Source: an uncultured Candidatus Saccharibacteria bacterium
GTDB taxonomy: Bacteria; Patescibacteriota; Minisyncoccia; Phycocordibacterales; Phycocordibacteraceae
Length of the DNA stretch: 64,000 nucleotides
Assembly: GCA_964446735.1 (NCBI GenBank)
Contig: CAYUQB010000001.1
Span: 263,826-327,825 of the forward strand
Reading direction: 5' to 3'
The position numbers and the translations under genes are program-made. The notes below the pieces were generated by a model. The model was not told the origin of the DNA and searched no databases. It worked only from the letters and a program-made list of their open reading frames with translations. Below are positions 57,643 to 64,000 of this stretch, one piece after another. Position 1 is the first letter of the stretch; every line of letters begins with the position of its first letter.

Positions 57643-57658
57643 CACCGTAGATTAGGCT

Positions 57659-57832
57659 CTACGAGCTGCCACCTTTGCGGCCTGCTTCGCTGGCACGCTG
57701 GGGATCGTTTGCAAAGTTACCGGGATTATTTTCCTTACCCTGGCTGCGACCACCCTTGGCCGCTATTTCGCGCTGCTTATCCTCGTCCATGCTCGCGAAA
57801 CCACGTTTGCTCCTTTTATTCTCAGTAGCCAT
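57659..57832 (-). CDS. KGG-repeat general stress protein (YciG/Con-10-like), 57 aa (not in ORF track)
   Basis: Translated by hand: MATENKRSKRGFASMDEDKQREIAAKGGRSQGKENNPGNFANDPQRASEAGRKGGSS. Confidence 0.9.
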   Translation of the reverse strand: MATENKRSKRGFASMDEDKQREIAAKGGRSQGKENNPGNFANDPQRASEAGRKGGSS

Positions 57833-57938
57833 ACGTACATGACAGGTTACTCATAACTAACCGAGCCTGTGCACTATACGAAGGCAGCGGTGAACCGGAA
57901 GTTAAACGTCGCTGTAGTAGCATGCTACGCTAGCGATC

Positions 57939-58433
57939 ATGCACGAACATATCGAGACCCCGCAAGAAGAACACGTCGTCTATGAGTTCTTCCTTTGGAG
58001 TGTACTTCTCAAAGGCGCTATTTCTCTCGCAGAGATAGTGGTCGGCATTGCCGTGTTCTTTGTACCGCCAGCATTCATCGTCTCGCTTGGCATGTTTGTC
58101 CTTAACTATGTTCCGATTCCCGCGCTACAGCACGCGCTCATAGAGGAGATCGCACAGTACACCACTGGTGCCGTAACCTTCGTTGCACTCTATCTCCTCT
58201 CGCGCGGACTCATCAAAGCAGGTCTCATTTGGGGATTGCTCAAGAATAAAGTATGGGCGTATCCGTGGTCGCTCGTGATTCTTGGAGTATTCCTGCTCTA
58301 TCAGACGTATCAGATCATTACTGATCGCTCGCTCCTCATCATTGGCATCACGCTCTTTGATATCGTGGTGATGTACTTTATCTGGCGCGAATGGCGCATT
58401 GTACTGCGTCACCGCGCGGCAAACGCTGTGTAG
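57939..58433 (+). CDS. DUF2127-like membrane protein
   Basis: SVLLKG...EI..G, YLLSRGLIK, WAYP, YQTY, FDIVV....WREW. Confidence 0.8.
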   Translation: MHEHIETPQEEHVVYEFFLWSVLLKGAISLAEIVVGIAVFFVPPAFIVSLGMFVLNYVPIPALQHALIEEIAQYTTGAVTFVALYLLSRGLIKAGLIWGLLKNKVWAYPWSLVILGVFLLYQTYQIITDRSLLIIGITLFDIVVMYFIWREWRIVLRHRAANAV

Positions 58434-58436
58434 CAG

Positions 58437-60308
58437 CTACTTCGTTACGGTTGCGGTGGCAGTCGCCGCGTTCTTGTTTGGTGACATGTCAGTCGCGACC
58501 GCAGTGATGGTATGCGTGCCTGCCGATATCGACTTGCCGCCCCAGGTTGCGCTACAAGTTGTCGAGACAGTACATGAACCCAACTGTTTCCCATCAGCGG
58601 AGATGACAATCGAGGAAATACCGCTGGCGTCACTTGCGCTCACCGAAATATTCACGGAACCATTACCCTTGAGCTTCGCACCGTTTGTGGGAGAAGTGAT
58701 CGTAACCTTGGGTGCGATTGCATCACTCGAATCAACATTGGCAACCGTAACGGAAATCGCTACCGAAGTACCTACGTTCCCTGCGGCGTCATACGCCTTG
58801 GTCTGGAGCGTATGTTTTGCATTCGTGTCAGCGGTGGTGTCCCAATAGAACGTGAACGGTCCTGCGCTACTCGTCGTAAATAATGTGCCGTCCTTGTAGA
58901 GTTCGACCTTCGCTACCGCAAGATTGTCGGATGCACTCGCTTGGATACTCACGCCACCGGAAACTATTGATCCGCTGCTCGGGGCCAGGATGGAGGTTTT
59001 CGGCGCAGTCGTATCCTGATCAGCAGGGACCAGCTTCGCCGCCTCAAGCGTCTTCGCAACATTGATACGACCCCACCCGTAGTACTGATCCCATCCGACA
59101 GTGCCGAGGTCGTCTACGTTCTTTTCAATGAGACTCCGCACCTGTGTGGACGTGAGGTTTGGATTTACTGAGAGAACGAGCGCAGCCAGTCCAGCCGCAA
59201 GCGGTGAAGCGAACGAAGTACCGCTCACCGCACCATACGTACCCGAATTGTTACCGCTCCAAATGCCGACACCTGGCGCAACGATATCCAAAGCGGTCCC
59301 GTAGTTAGACCAGCTTGCTCGCACATCGCTACTTCCGGTCGCCCCCACACCAATAGCATTCGCGTAGGCTGCCGGATAGAGCACAGCGGAAGCACTGTCG
59401 TTACCCGCAGATGCAAAGAAGACAGCTCCCTTACTGACGGCATAGTTGATGGCGCTTTCGAGGGTTGAGCTATACCCGGTGCCACCGTAGCTTATGTTAA
59501 TAACCCGAGCTCCGTGATCAACGGCATAGATAACGGCTTCTGCCATGTTGCTATAGAGCGCATAGCACCCTCCGTCTGCCATGGCGATCGGCATAATCTT
59601 GGAGCCCCATGCAAGGCCTGCGACCCCGGCTGCGTTATTACCCGCGCTCCCGATCACCCCTGCCACCTTGGCACCATGGGCACATGAGTTGGTCGTAACT
59701 GTTGCCGTATTGGTGACCACGTCGTATCCCGGCACGAGACTTGTGGCTAAGTCGCCAATCGGTAGAAATCCACTGTCAGCGACGGCAACGATTACTGAAG
59801 GCACGCCGACGGTAGCATCCCATCCAGTGGGTGCCCCGATCTTCGGTGAGTGCCACTGATTCGGATAGTACGTGTCGTTTGGGACGAGCGTCGATAATGC
59901 AATGAAATTAGGTTCTGCTACTTCCACTTTTGGATTGCGCGCAAGCGCCGCGCGTACCTTTTCTTCTGCACCTATGGGAACCGATATCACATGGGTTCTG
60001 ATCTGCGGCAATGTCTTAAGTTTCTGACCGCCATGCATTTTAAGTAACGCATCTCCCTCATCGTCCTTCACCCCCGCCTTGAATTGCACCAAGAGTTGTC
60101 CTGGCGCGCGGGCATCACTCATTCGTGCAGCACCCGCTGCTGCAAGTTCAAGGTCAGCATATTCCTTAAGTGGCGCCTGAAGCAGCAGCACCGTCGCACT
60201 CACGAATCCCGTGAGAACGACGAAGTGAAGAAGGGATATTTTCCCGATCGTATGCCAATCGGCATACCAAGGGTATTTCTTAGCGAGCCTCGTGTGCAGG
60301 GAGTTCAT
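58437..60308 (-). CDS. S8 subtilisin/thermitase-like protease with two C-terminal Ig-like domains
   Basis: VAVADSG (D), HGAKVAG (H), SAGN, SGTSFASP (S); D..AP...I..P..G Ig repeats. Confidence 0.93.
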   Translation of the reverse strand: MNSLHTRLAKKYPWYADWHTIGKISLLHFVVLTGFVSATVLLLQAPLKEYADLELAAAGAARMSDARAPGQLLVQFKAGVKDDEGDALLKMHGGQKLKTLPQIRTHVISVPIGAEEKVRAALARNPKVEVAEPNFIALSTLVPNDTYYPNQWHSPKIGAPTGWDATVGVPSVIVAVADSGFLPIGDLATSLVPGYDVVTNTATVTTNSCAHGAKVAGVIGSAGNNAAGVAGLAWGSKIMPIAMADGGCYALYSNMAEAVIYAVDHGARVINISYGGTGYSSTLESAINYAVSKGAVFFASAGNDSASAVLYPAAYANAIGVGATGSSDVRASWSNYGTALDIVAPGVGIWSGNNSGTYGAVSGTSFASPLAAGLAALVLSVNPNLTSTQVRSLIEKNVDDLGTVGWDQYYGWGRINVAKTLEAAKLVPADQDTTAPKTSILAPSSGSIVSGGVSIQASASDNLAVAKVELYKDGTLFTTSSAGPFTFYWDTTADTNAKHTLQTKAYDAAGNVGTSVAISVTVANVDSSDAIAPKVTITSPTNGAKLKGNGSVNISVSASDASGISSIVISADGKQLGSCTVSTTCSATWGGKSISAGTHTITAVATDMSPNKNAATATATVTK

Positions 60309-60462
60309 AGGGTCAGCGGGTTAGGCGATATGCCTTAAGTATATGAGGCATTGGCGGCACCGGGGCACTTACTGTGTATAAGCAAATATATGCGCCCGGA
60401 TGTCTAGAGATGCACCGGAGGCACAGGTTGCCTTGCTATACTTGCTGCATTGAGCTCTCTGA

Positions 60463-61359
60463 ATGCCAATGAAACGTCCTTCCCTCGTTGTACTCGGCAG
60501 TCTTAGCGCAGGACTGTTCCTCCTTCTCATTGGCATCCTTGCCTATAAAGGAGGGATTCCTCTCCTCTTCCCTTCCGGATTCATCGGCATCGCCGAGCGT
60601 GACTTGATGTTACGTACCGTATTCTTGATGCTTATCGTCGTTATTCCAGTCGTCTTGCTAGCAATTTTCATTGCGTGGCACTACCGCGAAGGAAATCGAA
60701 CCGCGACCTATCGTCCGGACTGGGAGCACTCTCGCATGGAGGAGCTGATCTGGTGGTCTATTCCTCTTGAAATCGTACTGGTACTTGGAGCGCTGACATG
60801 GACGGCGACGCACGAACTCGATCCGGCGCGCGCGATCAGTTCATCCGAACCACCGTTGGTCATACAGGTGGTAGCGCTTCCTTGGAAGTGGCTCTTTATA
60901 TATCCAGAGGAAGGTATCGCAAGTGTGAACGAGGTGACGTTCCCGATCCATCGGCCGGTCAAGTTTCAGATCACGGCTGATGCCCCTATGAATTCATTCT
61001 GGATTCCGGCGCTTGGCGGACAAATATATGCAATGACCGGTATGAGTACCGTACTTCACTTGATTGCATCACAGAGCGGTACGTATGACGGCATGTCTGC
61101 CAACTATAGCGGTGAAGGATTCGCGCAGATGCGCTTTGCTGCACGTGCGGTCGAGCCTGCTGATTTTGAAACATGGGTAGCGACGGTACGCAATTCGCCG
61201 GATGTACTCACGCAACCCTCGTACCAAATGCTTGCTACACCAGGAGACCCAGGACCCGTACGCTACTATGGAGCAATTGGGATAACGTATACCGATATCA
61301 TGCACGCCTCCATGTCAGATCGTTCACCTGCACGTCTCATGCCGAGCCACGGACACTAG
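60463..61359 (+). CDS. cyoA: Cytochrome bo3 quinol oxidase subunit II
   Basis: Y.PDWEHS..E..WW.IP, THELDP, WKWLFIYP, MNSFWIP.LGGQIYAM.GM, SANYSGEGF; no CuA ligands. Confidence 0.93.
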   Translation: MPMKRPSLVVLGSLSAGLFLLLIGILAYKGGIPLLFPSGFIGIAERDLMLRTVFLMLIVVIPVVLLAIFIAWHYREGNRTATYRPDWEHSRMEELIWWSIPLEIVLVLGALTWTATHELDPARAISSSEPPLVIQVVALPWKWLFIYPEEGIASVNEVTFPIHRPVKFQITADAPMNSFWIPALGGQIYAMTGMSTVLHLIASQSGTYDGMSANYSGEGFAQMRFAARAVEPADFETWVATVRNSPDVLTQPSYQMLATPGDPGPVRYYGAIGITYTDIMHASMSDRSPARLMPSHGH

Positions 61360-61362
61360 CCT

Positions 61363-63324
61363 ATGTTCGGCATTCTTACTCCTGACGCATTCATACACGG
61401 CCCTATTGAGACGTTCGCGCAGCTGGTGGTTGTGCTGGGTGGGTTATCGGTAGGTATCCTGCTTACCGTCACCCGTCGATGGAAATGGCTCTGGAGTGAA
61501 TGGCTGACATCACTCGATGCGAAACGCATCGGCATTATGTATTTGATACTGGCCTTGCTCATGCTGCTCCGCGGTGGCATTGATGCACTCCTGATGCGCG
61601 GACAACAAGCGGTTGCGACGACCGCCGGAGCCGGATATCTCTCCCCGGATCACTTTGCGCAGATATTTACCGCGCATGGAACCATCATGATTTTCTTCGT
61701 CGCTATGACGTTCATGTTCGGGCTCATCAACTGCATCATGCCACTGCAGATCGGTGCACGTGATGTCTCGTTCCCGCTCCTCAACTCCATTAGCTTCTGG
61801 CTCACCGCAACTGGTGCCGTATTAGTTAATCTCTCCTTGGTTGTCGGCGAGTTCGCCGCAACTGGCTGGCTCGCCTACCCGCCCCTCTCGGGGATCGACT
61901 ACAGTCCCGGCGTCGGAGTCGACTACTACATCTGGGCACTGCAGATCGCAGGTGTCGGCACACTGTTAGGCGCCGTGAATTTCATTGTGACTATTTTCAA
62001 GGAGCGAGCTCCTGGCATGACCCTCATGCGCATGCCCATCTTCGTGTGGACGGTACTGGGCTCTATGCTGCTCGTCCTTGTTGCCTTCCCAATACTGACG
62101 GCAACGCTGGGTATGCTTTCTCTCGATCGTGTGCTGGGTATGCACTTCTTTACGACGGAACTGGGGGGAAACGTGATGATGTACGTAAACCTCATATGGG
62201 CGTGGGGTCACCCAGAGGTATATATCCTTATCCTCCCTGCCTTCGGAATCTTTTCGGAACTGGTCCCGGTTTTCGCGCAGAAGCGACTCTTCGGCTATGT
62301 CTCGATGGTGGTCGCGACGATGGTCATCGTCATTCTTTCTTTCGGAGTCTGGGTACACCACTTCTTTACCATGGGTGCCGGGGCAAATGTGAATGCATTC
62401 TTCGGTATCGCAACGATGGCCATCGCCATCCCGACTGGAGTAAAAGTATTCAACTGGCTCTTTACGATGTTTCAAGGACGTATTAAGTACCCCGCTCCCA
62501 TGCTCTGGTTCATGGGGTTCCTGTTCAGCTTCATCCTCGGCGGCATGACTGGAGTACTTATGTCGGTACCACCGGTGGACTTCCAGTTGCATAACAGTCT
62601 CTTTCTGGTGGCCCACTTTCATAACATGGTCATTGGCGGTGTGCTATTCGGATACTTCGCCGGCTTTGCGTACTGGTTCCCTAAGATTGCCGGGTTTGGG
62701 CTACAGGAAGCACTCGGAAAGCTCTCTTTCTGGCTGTGGATCATTGGCTTTGCAGTCGCGTTCATTCCTATCTATGCCCTTGGCCTCATGGGTATGACCC
62801 GTCGCCTTGAATTCGTGGATGCAGCAAGTGGCTACCATCCGCTCCTCATTATTGCTGCAATCGGCGCCGGCACTATCGCAGTTGCGGTCGCCGTTCAGGT
62901 ACTGCACCTTGCCGTGAGTTTCTTCGAACGGAAACGGAGGCTCGACACTACCGGCGACTACTGGAATGGACGTACCCTCGAATGGTCCACCGCATCGCCC
63001 GCACCTCTCTATAACTTCGCTCATATCCCCGAGGTAGAAGGCCGCGATGCGTTCTGGCACATGAAGCAGACTGGGAATGCACGTACATCCGGACCATACG
63101 AGGAAATCTTGTTGCCGAAGAATAGCTCGGTGGGGCTCATCATTGCCGGTTGCGCGTTTCTGTTCGGGTTCGGGACCATTTGGCACATATGGTGGCTACT
63201 CCCGGTCGCACTGGTCGGCATCTTGGTAACGCTCATTATGCGATCATTCGTTACCGAGACTGAATATCTTCTACCTGCATCGGTCGTTGCTGAAACCGAA
63301 GCCCGACGTACCCAAACCGTATGA
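61363..63324 (+). CDS. cyoB: Cytochrome bo3 quinol oxidase subunit I
   Basis: [42 protein letters not shown]. Confidence 0.96.
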   Translation: MFGILTPDAFIHGPIETFAQLVVVLGGLSVGILLTVTRRWKWLWSEWLTSLDAKRIGIMYLILALLMLLRGGIDALLMRGQQAVATTAGAGYLSPDHFAQIFTAHGTIMIFFVAMTFMFGLINCIMPLQIGARDVSFPLLNSISFWLTATGAVLVNLSLVVGEFAATGWLAYPPLSGIDYSPGVGVDYYIWALQIAGVGTLLGAVNFIVTIFKERAPGMTLMRMPIFVWTVLGSMLLVLVAFPILTATLGMLSLDRVLGMHFFTTELGGNVMMYVNLIWAWGHPEVYILILPAFGIFSELVPVFAQKRLFGYVSMVVATMVIVILSFGVWVHHFFTMGAGANVNAFFGIATMAIAIPTGVKVFNWLFTMFQGRIKYPAPMLWFMGFLFSFILGGMTGVLMSVPPVDFQLHNSLFLVAHFHNMVIGGVLFGYFAGFAYWFPKIAGFGLQEALGKLSFWLWIIGFAVAFIPIYALGLMGMTRRLEFVDAASGYHPLLIIAAIGAGTIAVAVAVQVLHLAVSFFERKRRLDTTGDYWNGRTLEWSTASPAPLYNFAHIPEVEGRDAFWHMKQTGNARTSGPYEEILLPKNSSVGLIIAGCAFLFGFGTIWHIWWLLPVALVGILVTLIMRSFVTETEYLLPASVVAETEARRTQTV

Positions 63325-63893
63325 CGACACACGCCACACACGACCGCACCGCTCTTGGGCTCTGGGTATATATCATGAGCGATTGCATACTTTTCGCGTC
63401 ACTCTTCGCGAGCTACGCGGTACTCCATGGAGAGACTGCGGGTGGCCCATCTGCAATCGAGCTGTTTGATCGGTCGTTTGTGCTTATAGAAACCCTAGTT
63501 CTTCTTAGCAGCAGCTTTGCGTGTGGTCTTGCACTCATCGCGGCACGCTACGGAAATCGAATCGGTGTATGGACAGCACTTATCGCAACACTCCTTCTTG
63601 GGTTGGTGTTCCTCGGCATGGAAGTGAGCGAATTCTCCGAACTCGTTGCCGCTGGACACGGCTGGCAGACGAGCGCGTTTCTCTCCGCGTTCTTCACCCT
63701 CGTGGGTACGCACGGACTCCACGTACTTGCAGGTGTACTGTGGCTCGGGGCACTACTCATGTATCTCGCTATTCGTGGGCTGGATACCGTTCTCTCAGCA
63801 CGACTCTTTCAGTTCTCCTTGTTCTGGCATTTCCTCGATATTGTGTGGATCTGCGTGTTCTCGCTCGTCTATCTCCTTGGCACACTTCCATGA
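63321..63893 (+). CDS. cyoC: Cytochrome bo3 quinol oxidase subunit III
   Basis: [44 protein letters not shown]. Confidence 0.95.
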   Translation: MTTHATHDRTALGLWVYIMSDCILFASLFASYAVLHGETAGGPSAIELFDRSFVLIETLVLLSSSFACGLALIAARYGNRIGVWTALIATLLLGLVFLGMEVSEFSELVAAGHGWQTSAFLSAFFTLVGTHGLHVLAGVLWLGALLMYLAIRGLDTVLSARLFQFSLFWHFLDIVWICVFSLVYLLGTLP

Positions 63894-64000
63894 AGCACGA
63901 CCCGAACCTCACCATTTCGCTTAGCTCCTACGTTATAGGATTCGGGCTGTCGATACTCCTCACGCTTGGCGCATTCTGGATTGCCCCGGGACTCGGGAAG
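63890..64000 (+). CDS. cyoD: Cytochrome bo3 quinol oxidase subunit IV (3' truncated by window edge)
   Basis: ATGA overlap with cyoC; [30 protein letters not shown]. Confidence 0.85.
   Translation, partial: MKHDPNLTISLSSYVIGFGLSILLTLGAFWIAPGLGK

Noticed and set aside
1-64000. Alternative genetic code (UGA = Gly) as in Gracilibacteria
   Set aside because: Conserved genes such as nth, cyoB and cyoC end at TGA at their expected lengths, and no in-frame TGA interrupts conserved ORFs.

Overview
64 kb of a gene-dense bacterial chromosome using the standard genetic code (TGA = stop). Gene content and style suggest a Patescibacteria/CPR (Parcubacteria-like) genome; this is inference, as no marker rRNA is present. 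It carries housekeeping genes (rnj, bipA, mltG, metK with a SAM-I riboswitch, pyrG, ftsEX, a shortened prfB, 5 tRNAs), a DNA-repair/oxidative-stress cluster, an RND efflux pair, a lexA-like/Y-family polymerase cassette with a GAAC-N4-GTTC operator, a GH63-PGI/PMI-ROK sugar operon and a cytochrome bo3 (cyoABCD) operon. The most unusual element is about 8 kb downstream of tRNA-Gln(CTG): small one- or two-gene units separated by a degenerate ~30-bp direct repeat that resembles the tRNA 3' end with a 4-5 nt insertion. Six clear copies and several decayed, more distal copies suggest a polarised, tRNA-anchored cassette array with no integrase in the window. Translation starts fall into three classes: leaderless (-10 box 6-8 nt before ATG), SD-less leaders with TAAC 8-13 nt before ATG, and a few Shine-Dalgarno-led solo genes. 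All product names come from motif recognition by eye, not database searches.
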